Positions 20,301-29,667 are shown, counted from the stretch's first letter. The stretch is 64,000 nucleotides of DNA from Veleropilina oligotropha (GCA_048128005.1 JBEUKZ010000071.1:186001-250000), one strand, 5' to 3'. Numbers and translations: made by a program. Notes: a model not told the origin generated them from the letters alone.

Positions 20301-21164
20301 GACCGGGTACGCATTCTCGTAGTAGACTTTGTCGACCCCAGTGATAGCACCCGGCTTAGTGTCCTGAGAGATCTCAAAGACACCCTGGCCCTTCTTTCTC
20401 GCAGCCTTCACCGGGTCAAACTTGTCTTCGACCATCCAGTCGCCCTCACTCCATTCACGCAAGAACTTTATTCTAAGGACATACTCGCCCTTTGGAAGGG
20501 CTGTGAGGAGCTGTGCCGCCCTTGCATCTGTCATACGGGCATCCAGGGCCAGCCGTCCAGCCACTTCTATCCTCCATGTGGAGAAGGCCGCCGCGGCGCC
20601 ATCGACCTCAAACTCGTCTTTGGCGTCGCTCAAGAGTTCCACCCATGGCTCTTTTGCTGGGAGCCTTACTGGGGGAGGGACCTGGTCATCCAGGTCGATG
20701 AATCGTTGTCCCTCGGGTGTGGTAAATTGCCCTAGAAGATCCTTCTGGTAGTCCTGGGCTGTCCGGGGCGTTTTGGAGATGAGAAGATCGGGCCCCTTCC
20801 GAGCAATAGCATGGGCAAGGGTCTCTTTCCGAGACCGCTTGACGATTCGATCCGTGATGGCGCGAAGTGGCTTCAGTCGAATCCCGGGCGTTTTCTCAGC
20901 CTGGGATTCGTATTTACGAGCCTTCAGGGCGACGTCGACCTCGTCCTTAAGCTGCCGCAATTCGCGAGCACGACGGCCTCTTTTGTGGGGGTTCTCCACA
21001 TCTCCACGTATGGAGGGGAACCTCCCCGTTTTCATCGCCCGCTCGAGTCTCCTCCGAAACTCCGCAGCACGGACCCTGGCTATTGCCCTGATGAGGTCGT
21101 TCTTCTTGAGCGTCGACCGAGCGGGAATCCCATAATCTTTCGCTAGATTGCGCAGGTCATCCAT
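17334..21164 (-). CDS. 1276-aa fusion: HEH/Rho-N, putative OTU-like domain, divergent PolB, SF1 (RecD/Pif1-like) helicase, HNH nuclease
   Basis: DMKACYP, SIIGKF, ATDSI; GGGGCGKT, WDEV, GDQGQPPP, TIHSSQGLT, YLAVSR; CAAC...SVDRVDN..GH...N...CLECN. Confidence 0.88.
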   Translation of the reverse strand: MDDLRNLAKDYGIPARSTLKKNDLIRAIARVRAAEFRRRLERAMKTGRFPSIRGDVENPHKRGRRARELRQLKDEVDVALKARKYESQAEKTPGIRLKPLRAITDRIVKRSRKETLAHAIARKGPDLLISKTPRTAQDYQKDLLGQFTTPEGQRFIDLDDQVPPPVRLPAKEPWVELLSDAKDEFEVDGAAAAFSTWRIEVAGRLALDARMTDARAAQLLTALPKGEYVLRIKFLREWSEGDWMVEDKFDPVKAARKKGQGVFEISQDTKPGAITGVDKVYYENAYPVTAVVYGVYPLREPNPANLVPMKNGDLNCVAQRVIEHFEGALRGNGLTPTRRRKIQEWEERVHVTGATVDDISILERILKRAIVLRDIAGEDVFNSGKYQASMWKSIELICHNGHAWSKELHFPQSREVHIYEGDVWEAIRQATHNEPLAVWLLGGTDRQLSVNQFVLQDGRTYRTKDDHERLQEACIALGNESLADRAFGVNHAASIIAKETNGWKPTPASLLDDIQKACVEHGHGGLWNSMNYDTGDVCCIDMKACYPASFLGKGEAKPYFERFGHPTHSMTRVAINGPLPEDISTGFAEVVEWEFVQDTHPVIPAWFGKHFAENGWAPTPLLAFLIESGLLKSLKIREAIITFRKQLEVWLPENRDQGCSIIGKFTQGAKADGKRLTRRLVTDQGELEFLVRDTRQSGTLVGAPQRCPMGHILTYYDGSQPQYAHLRASMLAYAHINLLSMLQRFTPDEAVRVATDSIYLKKASLEKLDDVTVYVAPQLCDCGEKSCISCLIAEPYLPPVAPAQWRDKGEQLYMPQEHAAYLPKPEYCCAANSSQPSTAPCYNDTLTHHRLSYLNGGGGCGKTTRAIELFRARNPVVFTPTHRLAKEMRTRGVKAQTYHSFFRWSGQNDWTPDRMGQKFIPRVIIWDEVCTVPRHILEMFLDWLGRHEVQVICCGDQGQPPPITGKMPHDWLRRTADYYEEIEVDYRAKDDPALQALKRRIRLQPDKVQCDEMRRTLPSCLGWDRFVNTWKPRDLILTSRQKVRERAQQLLLQRHKEHFPDSPVPILYHPRDTRKQNIMVTIPGTDEREELVLNDVVEVTIDAAERAIQTTDWRLGYALTIHSSQGLTIHDPQRVWIIDDYLQWSNLAYLAVSRVELLHQLERVTCPPDEGAEDRPLPQSKQQVRKTIQKKLVAYKRQDQAKGLPGFNLKVDDILQLKDAQNNRCAACNIELLWAYQPKDTQQFSVDRVDNSRGHIRDNVRLTCLECNRKRGSSSC

Positions 21165-21212
21165 GTTGCTGGGTGGGTATACACTACGCCAAGCATTCCT
21201 CTAATAGGAAAT

Positions 21213-21488
21213 TTACGTGTGGTAAATTACAGCCATGCGGAGAAACTCTCTCTCGAAGGCCCTTTTCTTTCGTCCCCAGTCCTTAACGTCCTCATTCCGA
21301 TACCCACAACCCCGGCACAACGTAAACCGGTTAAAGACGCCTTTGCCGCATTTGATGCAGGGCTTTGTGCCCCAGCCATTTCGCCGTTGCCGAGCCAGAT
21401 GGACTTTGCAATACTCGCTCAGACAGGTCTTACCGCATAGCTCCGTGGAGCTGATGGTAAGCCATTGACAGGTGTCATAGCCCTTCAT
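21213..21488 (-). CDS. 91-aa Cys/His-rich putative zinc-finger protein
   Basis: C-C-C-H cluster plus two CxxC pairs; conserved with 41261-41554. Confidence 0.65.
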   Translation of the reverse strand: MKGYDTCQWLTISSTELCGKTCLSEYCKVHLARQRRNGWGTKPCIKCGKGVFNRFTLCRGCGYRNEDVKDWGRKKRAFEREFLRMAVIYHT

Positions 21489-21535
21489 CGTATCCTTTGC
21501 ATTGGATAAACCCGTCCGATGGGTATGTCTAAAAG

Positions 21536-21579
21536 AGAGCCCGGGCCGGCGAGGGTAACGGGCCGTCCCTACGGGCTCT
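21536..21579. other. GC-rich structured motif conserved in both virus copies
   Basis: GAGCCC...GGGCTC stem enclosing GGCC/AGGG/GGCC/CCCT; second copy at 41865-41906. Confidence 0.5.
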
Positions 21580-21636
21580 TACTACATACTACTATATCGG
21601 CATGTTAGACGCTGTGTAGTTATACTTGAAATCAAC

Positions 21637-21798
21637 ATGCCGCAGAAAGACGTTCCCATGTTGCGCAGCGCGAAAAGTTCCCGCCGCAAGGCCCCTGCCA
21701 AGGCTCCTGCCAAGGCTCCTGCCAAGGCTCCTACCAAGACTCCTGCCAAGGCCCCTGCCAAGGCCCCTGCCAAGGCTCCTGCCAAACGTCGTCCCTAG
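21637..21798 (+). CDS. 53-aa histone H1-tail-like (KAPA)n basic peptide
   Basis: Translates MPQKDVPMLRSAKSSRRKAPAKAPAKAPAKAPTKTPAKAPAKAPAKAPAKRRP; about eight 12-bp units; too short for the ORF track. Confidence 0.5.
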   Translation: MPQKDVPMLRSAKSSRRKAPAKAPAKAPAKAPTKTPAKAPAKAPAKAPAKRRP

Positions 21799-21811
21799 TC
21801 CCACCCCTGCT

Positions 21812-22004
21812 GTGTACACACGGTGACTTTTTGTAATACACGCTATACCCTGGGGTCTGAAAGGGTGCTGGGAGCCCCCACCCCTGGGCCCCTGGGCCCC
21901 ACCCTAACTCCCTAGTCCCCCACAGTAATACCAGCTCGGTTCTGAAATGGTGCTGGGAGCTTTATTTTTCCATTCTAAAAGGTATGGTCACCCCCCCTGC
22001 TGCT
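21812..22004. repeat. Right TIR of virus copy 1
   Basis: Ends CCCCCCCTGCTGCT; AT-richer host-type DNA follows. Confidence 0.92.
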
Positions 22005-22268
22005 CGGTGAGTTCCCTTGGGCAACGAATAATCATATAGATGCCTCGGTTCACCCAGCCGACCTAAATAGGTACGAGGTTGGTGTGATAATAATATTAGT
22101 CGTTGCGCCCCTCAGTAGCAACTTGACTGAAATATTCATATATAGCTGAGATGAGTTCTAGATCAGAACATGTCGATAACCAGGGGTAATTATGTGATAG
22201 CGCTGTGAGCGTGCATTAGTGTGCAGATACGGCGCACTATAAATGTCAATTATATTATATATTATTTA
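22005..22268 (+). mobile_element. 3' part of a SINE (Nin/Deu-like core), 5' head cut off by the virus insertion
   Basis: Aligns with 54336-54590 of a fuller copy (TGCCTCGGT.CACCCAGCCGA; ATAACCAGGGGTAAT; AT-rich tail). Confidence 0.7.
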
Positions 22269-22471
22269 TTTAATTAAAATAAGCTTGAATGCATGGGAAA
22301 TTCTATTATGAGAGAAGTATTATTTATTTTGGATACCTGCATTATATGTCCATAATGATATTTATTTGATGAATATAGACTTAAAATGATATCCCCTAAT
22401 GATATCCCCTAAATGCCTTTGACATGTGATATTTATTAGTGAGGATTTTGTAAATGACTTATCATCTTCAT

Positions 22472-22742
22472 GCGGCCGCTTTGACAGCCGTGTGGTTTCG
22501 GCTGTGGACTCCGAAAAATCACTGGCTCGATCCGCTAATGCGAACAGTAGTGGGTTTAAACCTCGGCAGGGACAGCACACATTTGTTCAAGTTATGAATC
22601 ACAGTTGTCAGTAACTGGTTAGAGAGGGCAGGTTTCTCCGGGCAACCGGGCTTTCCTCCCGCTATAATATGGACATGTCCTGCTTTGAACCAAATGATGG
22701 TTAGAAATATACAGGACATTAAGCATGGATCCTTTCCTTTCC
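22472..22742 (+). mobile_element. tRNA-derived SINE with V-SINE-like core
   Basis: Related copies at 48919, 50757 and 51037; GGTTTCTCCGGG...TTTCCTCCC core. Confidence 0.75.
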
Positions 22743-22873
22743 TCGCCTTTAACATCTTCATGTACATCTACATGATTGCGTGTCTTGGAATACTTTCATG
22801 ATTATTTGTGATCATAAATTTATACATGCCTTTATAGAATTTGTTATTTTTTGTTTGTTTGTTTTCATCATAG

Positions 22874-23083
22874 ACTGGCTGGTGTACAGTGGCAGCTAAG
22901 AATACTGAATCAGAACGGAGGAGAACAGTTATTTTTTTGTCGGAATCAGTTTCCCCATCGCATGTCCATGAATCTCCGATGGTATGATCTCAAGTTTCCA
23001 TCATTTAGAAATGTGAAGAAGATGCAGGTTTTCGCTGTTAATCCACTGTTCTTTGACTCGTCTGGTCACGCGGTCCCTAACAG
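22874..23083 (+). CDS. FBXO15: Host FBXO15-like gene, coding exon (210 bp, phase 2/2)
   Basis: T-rich tract + TAG acceptor, AG|GTATGC donor; open frame LAGVQWQLRIL...HAVPN joins in phase to 46901. Confidence 0.65.
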
Positions 23084-23156
23084 GTATGCTTATCTGATAT
23101 CTTTTTTTGTTAAGCTGTACTGTGTTCCAAGTAATTGTTGTAATGTGAATCTTATT

Positions 23157-23865
23157 TTCCATTGTCTGGATATCACGCACATTGTTCCATTGTCTGGATA
23201 TCACGCACATTGTTCCATTGTCTGGATATCACGCACATTGTTCCGTTGTCTGGATATCACGCACATTTTTCCATTGTCTGGATATCACACACATTGTTCC
23301 ATTGTCTGGATATCACGCACATTGTTCCATTGTCTGGATATCATGCACATTGTTCCCTTGTCTGGATATCACACACATTGTTCCCTTGTCTGGATATCAC
23401 ACACATTGTTCCCTTGTCTGGATATCACACACATTGTTCCATTGTCTGGATATCACGCACATTGTTCCATTGTCTGGATATCACACACATTGTTCCCTTG
23501 TCTGGATATTCCCTTGTCTGGATATCACACACATTGTTCCCTTGTCTGGATATCACACACATTGTTCCCTTGTCTGGATATCACGCACATTGTTCCATTG
23601 TCTGGATATCACACACATTGTTCCATTGTCTGGATATCACACACATTGTTCCCTTGTCTGGATATCACGCACATTGTTCCCTTGTCTGGATATCACGCAC
23701 ATTGTTCCATTGTCTGGATATCACGCACATTGTTCCATCATCTGGATATCACGCACATTGTTCCATTGTCTGGATATCACGCACATTGTTCCATTGTCTG
23801 GATATCACGCACATTGTTCCATTGTCTGTATATCGAGTTCCATTGTCTGTATTTCACGCACATTG
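23157..23865. repeat. 28-bp tandem repeat
   Basis: Unit CATTGTCTGGATATCACGCACATTGTTC, ~25 copies. Confidence 0.95.
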
Positions 23866-24149
23866 CATTTATGTTAAAGCGTACCCATAACCGAGCCTGT
23901 TTGATTTATCAACAACTCATTAATGATGCACAGATTTCTGATACCTCGTATCACACTTCTATCTTATACGGATTCAGAAAGCGTATCCTGCTTATAAATT
24001 CAAAATTGTTATCAAATCTTACACACTATTTAAAGTCTATATCAAAACACTTAGTTGCTTTTCATCATATTTGAAGTAACAAAAAAAACATACATTATGC
24101 TGCACCGTTAGGCTAGTGGCAAAGAGTGCAGTCTCTGAATTTGACAGGA

Positions 24150-24630
24150 GTAAGTTTGATTAGTGAGTTTGATTAGTGAGTTTGATTAGTAAGTTTGATT
24201 AGTGAGTTTGATTAATGAGTTTGATTAGTGAGTTTGATTAGTGAGTGATTAGTGATTTTGATTAGTGAGTTTGATTAGTGAGTTTGATTAGTGAGTTTGA
24301 TTAGTGAGTTTGATTAGTGAGTTTGATTAGTGAGTTTGATTAGTGAGTTTGATTAGTGAGTTTGATTAGTGAGTTTGATTAGTGAGTTTGATTAGTGAGT
24401 TTGATTAGTGAGTGCGATTAGTGAGTTTGATTAGTGAGTTTGATTAGTGAGTTTGATTAGTGAGTTTGATTAGTGAGTTTGATTAGTGAGTTTGATTAGT
24501 GAGTTTGATTAGTGAGTATGATTAGTGAGTTTGATTAGTGAGTTTGATTAGTGAGTTTGATTAGTGAGTATGATTAGTGAGTTTGATTAGTGAGTTTGAT
24601 TAGTGAGTTTGATTAGTGAGTTTGATTAGT
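24150..24630. repeat. 13-bp tandem repeat
   Basis: Unit GAGTTTGATTAGT. Confidence 0.95.
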
Positions 24631-26097
24631 GGGGGTGGTGTTAATTAACAGTAACATACCTGGCCGGTGGGGGTGGTGTTAATTAACAGTAACATACCTG
24701 GCCGGTGGGGGTGGTGTTAATTAACAGTAACATACCTGGCTGGTGGGGGTGGTGTTAATTAACAGTAACATACCTGGCCGGTGGGGGTGGTGTTAATTAA
24801 CAGTAACACACCTGGCCAGTGGGCGTGGTGTTAATTAACAGTAACACACCTGGCTGGTGGGGGTGGTGTTAATTAACAGTAACATAACTGGCTGGTGGGG
24901 GTGGTGTTAATTAACAGTAACATACCTGGCCGGTGGGGGTGGTGTTAATTAACAGTAACATACCTGGCCGGTGGGGGGGTGTTAATCAACAGTAACACAC
25001 CTGGCCAGTGGGGGTGGTGTTAATTAACAGTAACATACCTGGCCGGTGGGGGTGGTGTTAATTAACAGTAACACACCTGGCCGGTGGGGGTGGTGTTAAT
25101 TAACAGTAACATACCTGGCCGGTGGGGTGGTGTTAATTAACAGTAACATACCTGGCTGGTGGGGTGGTGTTAATTAACAGTAACATACCTGGCCGGTGGG
25201 GGTGGTGTTAATTAACAGTAACACACCTGGCCAGTGGGGGTGGTGTTAATTAACAGTAACATACCTGGCCAGTGGGGGTGGTGTTAATTAACAGTAACAC
25301 CTGGCCGGTGGGGGTGGTGTTAATTAACAGTAACATACCTGGCCGGTGGGGTGGTGTTAATTAACAGTAATATACCTGGCAGGTGGGGGTGGTGTTAATT
25401 AACAGTAACATACCTGGCCAGTGGGGGTGGTGTTAATTAACAGTAACATACCTGGCCGGTGGGGGTGGTGTTAATTAACAGTAACATACCTGGCCGGTGG
25501 GGGTGGTGTTAATTAACAGTTACACACCTGGCCGGTGGGGGTGGTGTTAATTAACAGTAACATACCTGGCCGGTGGGGGTGGTGTTAATTAACAGTAACA
25601 CACCTGGCTGGTGGGGTGGTGTTAATTAACAGTAACACACCTGGCCGGTGGGGGTGGTGTTAATTAACAGTAACATACCTGGCCGGTGGGGGTGGTGTTA
25701 ATTAACAGTAACATACCTGGCCGGTGGGGGTGGTGTTAATTAACAGTAACATACCTGGCCGGTGGGGGTGGTGTTAATTAACAGTAACATACCTGGCCAG
25801 TGGGGGTGGTGTTAATTAACAGTAACATACCTGGCTGGTGGGGGTGGTGTTAATTAACAGTAACACACCTGGCCGGTGGGGGTGGTGTTAATTAACAGTA
25901 ACATACCTGGCCGGTGGGGGTGGTGTTAATTAACAGTAACATACCTGGCCGGTGGGGGTGGTGTTAATTAACAGTAACATACCTGGCCGGTGGGGGTGGT
26001 GTTAATTAACAGTAACATACCTGGCTGGTGGGGTGGTGTTAATTAACAGTAACACACCTGGCTGGTGTGGGTGGTGTTAATTAACAGTAACATAACT
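24631..26097. repeat. 38-bp minisatellite, left part
   Basis: Unit GGGGGTGGTGTTAATTAACAGTAACATACCTGGCCGGT; resumes at 42107. Confidence 0.97.
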
Positions 26098-26289
26098 AGC
26101 AGCAGGGGGGGTGATTGGACTTTTTAGAATGGGAAAATAAGGCTCCCAGCACCTGTTCAGAACTGAGCTGGTATTACTGAGGGGAACTATGGAGTATAGA
26201 CTAGGGGCGGGGCGGCCGCCGTGGAGGCTCCCAGCCCTATTTTGGGACTGAGGGTAGGGATTGTATTACAAAAAGTCACCGTGTGTACA
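26098..26289. repeat. Left TIR of copy 2 (imperfect), followed by terminus-like units at ~26312 and 26405
   Basis: First ~42 nt are a perfect inverted match to the right end; patchy match out to ~190 nt. Confidence 0.85.
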
Positions 26290-27426
26290 AACTAGGGTAG
26301 CTTAGAATAGTCAGCAGGGGGGGTGACCATACCTTTTATCTGGGGGCGCGGCGAGGGAAATTAAGGCTCCCAGCACTTTTCAGAATTAATATGGATCTCA
26401 ACTCAGCAGCAGGGGGGGTCAATAGACTTTTTAGAATGGGAAAATACAGCGCCCAGCACCATTTCAGAACTGAGCTGGTATTACTGTGGAGGGCTAGGGA
26501 GTTAGACTAGGGGCGCGGCGAGGGAAATTAAGGCTCCCAGCTATATTTCAGACCCCAGGGGTAGGGATTGTATTACAAAAAGTCACCGTGTGTACAAACT
26601 AGGGTAGCTTAGAATAGTAAATTAAATTAAAACACTTACCTGTGGACATTTCGGCCGAAACTCATATCACTAATCCCCCTCCAGCCTTCTACAGCCTTCT
26701 AGATCAGTTTATTGCCACATTTCCATATATAACTTGTTGACGAGCTCTGTTCGTTCTAGAGCTTTCCACGTACACATACTTGTTGACGATCTGTGATCAT
26801 TCTAGAAGGCTGTATTGCCACGTGACCATGACTCCACTAGATTACTGTCTACCATGTAAACATGGGGACTGATATATTCTTTCTGTGCCAAACAGAATGT
26901 TGGGGACCAGAAAAAGAAATCTGGGCCAATCTTTCTTGACTTGAGCCAGAAATTTTTTATATCTGGGTCGACTCGGGACTGCGAGGTATTTCATTCATAC
27001 GCGCAGAAGCAGCCAGACAGCATTTCTATAGTACTATAGAAATGGCGTGTCATGCTTTTAACGACTGTTGCCATTCATAAATCGGGCACGAATGAACCAA
27101 GTAGATGGTTGACTGGGATATTAATATTATTATTTAATACATTGATGTCTCTCCTAGTGTAGCTCTAAGCGCAGTACAAACTATAACTAATATTACAGTA
27201 CAATGTACACAAGAATATACAGGAGAGACATCAATGATACATACTTAAGCAATAATAACAATAAACAAAGCATTTTTTTCGAGTTTTTCAATTTTATCTT
27301 TTTTTTTACAAGCGCAATCAGACAAAGAGGTGAAGCAGCCCCTGCGTGAACTTCAACCAACTTTGAATGGTACAATATACGCAGGGGAAAGCCGGAAAAA
27401 TATGTTTTAATGCAGGAGCAGCTGGT

Positions 27427-27858
27427 TTATATGAATATATAGTTGCCCGATATTAAAGTACAATTACAGGGTGAGATGTGTCCGACTTTTCTCCACACAC
27501 CGAAGCAGCCAGACAGCATGGTATAATACTCCCCATTTTTTCCAGGACATAACGAGGGGGTCGAACACTGGACACATGTGACAGTATCTCTTGGTGTGGC
27601 AGGGCTACAGTCATTCTCTCCGATAATAAAATAGTGGCACGACGGTGGAGAGACATCAGGGGTGGGGTCTCTACCCGGGCGAAGAAGCAAGTTTCTACGT
27701 AAGGGGTCAAATCGGGCGTTATACCTGGGATGATTTCGGTACCTAGTCCACGTATGTTCCAGAATTAATGCAGTGTTGTGTGTCGACGCCTGGGTAGACA
27801 CACCCCCTAGCCAGCACACCGCGGCAATACACAGTAGCATAGATTTCATGGATTTCAT
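27427..27858 (-). CDS. 143-aa secreted cysteine-rich protein, cystine-knot cytokine-like
   Basis: Signal-peptide-like N-terminus; 8 Cys in the C-terminal domain ending W......PCNC. Confidence 0.6.
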   Translation of the reverse strand: MKSMKSMLLCIAAVCWLGGVSTQASTHNTALILEHTWTRYRNHPRYNARFDPLRRNLLLRPGRDPTPDVSPPSCHYFIIGENDCSPATPRDTVTCVQCSTPSLCPGKNGEYYTMLSGCFGVWRKVGHISPCNCTLISGNYIFI

Positions 27859-27940
27859 GGTTGTCCAGATATCACTGTCGATTTCTAGCTTTAATACGGG
27901 GGAGGAGCGGGGTAGTCGTGGCTACGCTCAACCTGGATAG

Positions 27941-28576
27941 TTAGTCGCCAGCTCCGATTTTTTTCAGCAGCTCTGCGCGACCCTCTAAACGACCACGCTC
28001 AATAAGCTCGCTTTGGGTCTGTGAAATCGCGGTGTGCGCCTTCCTACTCTTATCCCGAATTGATGCCTTCATGGCTTGGTATTTCAACATCTCCCCTGTG
28101 ACCAGTTGGAATTCATCATCAGACATCACCCCGTCCGATAATGCCTTTGAGACGTGGTCGGTTATGGTATTCAGCTTGCTGTCGGCCAGGACTCGAATCT
28201 CGTCGTGTTTCTTAGCCTTCACCCCGAGGCGCCGGCTGATATACTTTCCACCCATACTAGCGAGCCCACACCCTAATGCCGCTAGTTCCAGCACTAGGAC
28301 GACCGGGGCGGCTACAATTGTGGACAGTAGACCAATTCCAGCGCTACCCATACCAAGTGTGGCGACGACTAGCCCGTTATCTATCCCGTCAACGACGTTA
28401 ACACCTCGTCGGTACTTTTTATATAATGCAGCCCGTGTGTCCCTCTCTCGTTCTAATTGTCCCTGAAGCTCATTCACTTTCTGTAGTCGGAAGGACTGTG
28501 CCTCATGCAGTTCCGAAGGCACATCGCCACCAAGTTGTGGGTACAGCGTTGGCGCTGAGGGTTTGTTGTCCATCAT
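27941..28576 (-). CDS. 211-aa coiled-coil/membrane protein with N-terminal PSAP and LYPQL motifs
   Basis: Start MMDNKPSAPTLYPQL supported by the copy 1 stub and an ATGA overlap; central hydrophobic hairpin. Confidence 0.8.
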   Translation of the reverse strand: MMDNKPSAPTLYPQLGGDVPSELHEAQSFRLQKVNELQGQLERERDTRAALYKKYRRGVNVVDGIDNGLVVATLGMGSAGIGLLSTIVAAPVVLVLELAALGCGLASMGGKYISRRLGVKAKKHDEIRVLADSKLNTITDHVSKALSDGVMSDDEFQLVTGEMLKYQAMKASIRDKSRKAHTAISQTQSELIERGRLEGRAELLKKIGAGD

Positions 28577-28923
28577 ACGTGGCTGTATTGTTCCGCCTGT
28601 TTGTTTAAAATGTCTACTGTAACGTTCAAATACAGAGTGCCGACCCACGGGGCCTTGATGACAAAGGCGAGGGTTAACTTATCCGAATCCAGGCTGAGTT
28701 TACTTATGGAACATGCCTTGGGGCCCCCGGCCGGCTGGACCGGCGTCAGGTGGATCATTAGAAGGGCTGGGTTCAACCCGAACCGACCTCTAGTGTTTGG
28801 AAACATGAACTCCCTCCTCGCCAGCCCCTTATTGGGCGCTACCCCACAATTAAGGACAAAGTGCCACCGGGTCGGGGGGGAAGAGGGCTCGTCTGCAAGC
28901 AGGGTCCCGTAGATGCTGCTCAT
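28573..28923 (-). CDS. 116-aa beta-rich viral protein
   Basis: Homologous to 1145-1513. Confidence 0.7.
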   Translation of the reverse strand: MSSIYGTLLADEPSSPPTRWHFVLNCGVAPNKGLARREFMFPNTRGRFGLNPALLMIHLTPVQPAGGPKACSISKLSLDSDKLTLAFVIKAPWVGTLYLNVTVDILNKQAEQYSHV

Positions 28924-29660
28924 TGTATCGCAAGGACTGCGGAAATAGGCATGCCGTGATTGTCTAGCAGGTTACTGTCTGCGTCTGTGACGTACACCTT
29001 CAACTCTGTGATTAGCCCGGCCTGTAGTCGCCGGCCGGCGGGATAGCTATGATAGTGGCCAGCTTCACCGAACATCTGCGACGTGATAGGGACCACCGCG
29101 AGAATAGTGCTCGGGGCGCCGTCCTGCACATTGTGCGTTGTACTAAGCTGCTCCAGGTGAACGTGCAGGGTTGGCGCTATGGCAAACCCGACAGGCTTAT
29201 TCCCGTCATAAGTCCCAGGGCGTAGCCACTCGGATCTCTCCGGAGGGGGAGGTGGTTGGCCCTGTACTCCCCGAACCGGTGGGTTCAGATTCCCTGCTTT
29301 ATCGAGAATAAACGAAGACAGGTTTAAGCCGAGGAGTTTTCGTATATCGTCGCTTATCGCGAGTCGAGTCCCCTCTGGGACCACGATTCGGGCGAGCCCT
29401 GTAGCATGGCTTACATCTAGCTGTATGTTAACTAGCGACCTCTTCATCGTCTTGGCGAGGTCATCGAAGCTGTAGAAACCTGGTGCCACGTCGACCGTGG
29501 TATCCGGGGTCTTAAAGAAGGCTCCGGCATGCACATTGTGCCAGCCTACCCAATAGTCGAGCGACTGCAAGCTGACACATAGCTTGCCGTCCCGGTTATC
29601 AATCGGCTCCAGGAGGGCAACCGCGGTCCCCTCTTGAACGTTTGTTAATGTGTGAAACAT
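28920..29660 (-). CDS. Putative minor capsid protein
   Basis: Homologous to 1510-2217; variable central loop. Confidence 0.7.
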   Translation of the reverse strand: MFHTLTNVQEGTAVALLEPIDNRDGKLCVSLQSLDYWVGWHNVHAGAFFKTPDTTVDVAPGFYSFDDLAKTMKRSLVNIQLDVSHATGLARIVVPEGTRLAISDDIRKLLGLNLSSFILDKAGNLNPPVRGVQGQPPPPPERSEWLRPGTYDGNKPVGFAIAPTLHVHLEQLSTTHNVQDGAPSTILAVVPITSQMFGEAGHYHSYPAGRRLQAGLITELKVYVTDADSNLLDNHGMPISAVLAIQ

Positions 29661-29667
29661 AGTAGCT

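Larger units (their letters stand above)
1114..22004 (+). mobile_element. Polinton-like endogenous virus, copy 1 (left part displaced, decaying, carries a DIRS insertion)
   Basis: Colinear with 28543-42106; capsid, ATPase, integrase and PolB-helicase genes; right TIR ends at 22004. Confidence 0.92.

Noticed and set aside
17400..21146. Plus-strand ORFs of up to 327 aa opposite the replicase (also 37443-41194)
   Set aside because: Antisense shadows of a GC-rich gene; boundaries of the longest differ between copies and there are no recognisable motifs.
921..22004. 193-bp direct repeats read as LTRs bounding one element
   Set aside because: They are TIR sequences: the left one belongs to an inverted arm and cuts a gene, there are no TG...CA ends, and no shared TSD.
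22851..24074. 407-, 242- and 231-aa ORFs
   Set aside because: Artefacts of the stop-free 28-bp repeat; only 22874-23083 looks like real coding sequence.
24150..24630. Telomere-like repeat
   Set aside because: The 13-bp unit is not TTAGGG or TTAGG and lies inside an intron.
24631..26097. CRISPR-like array (38-bp repeat with a palindrome)
   Set aside because: Units are contiguous with no unique spacers, there are no cas genes, and the context is eukaryotic.
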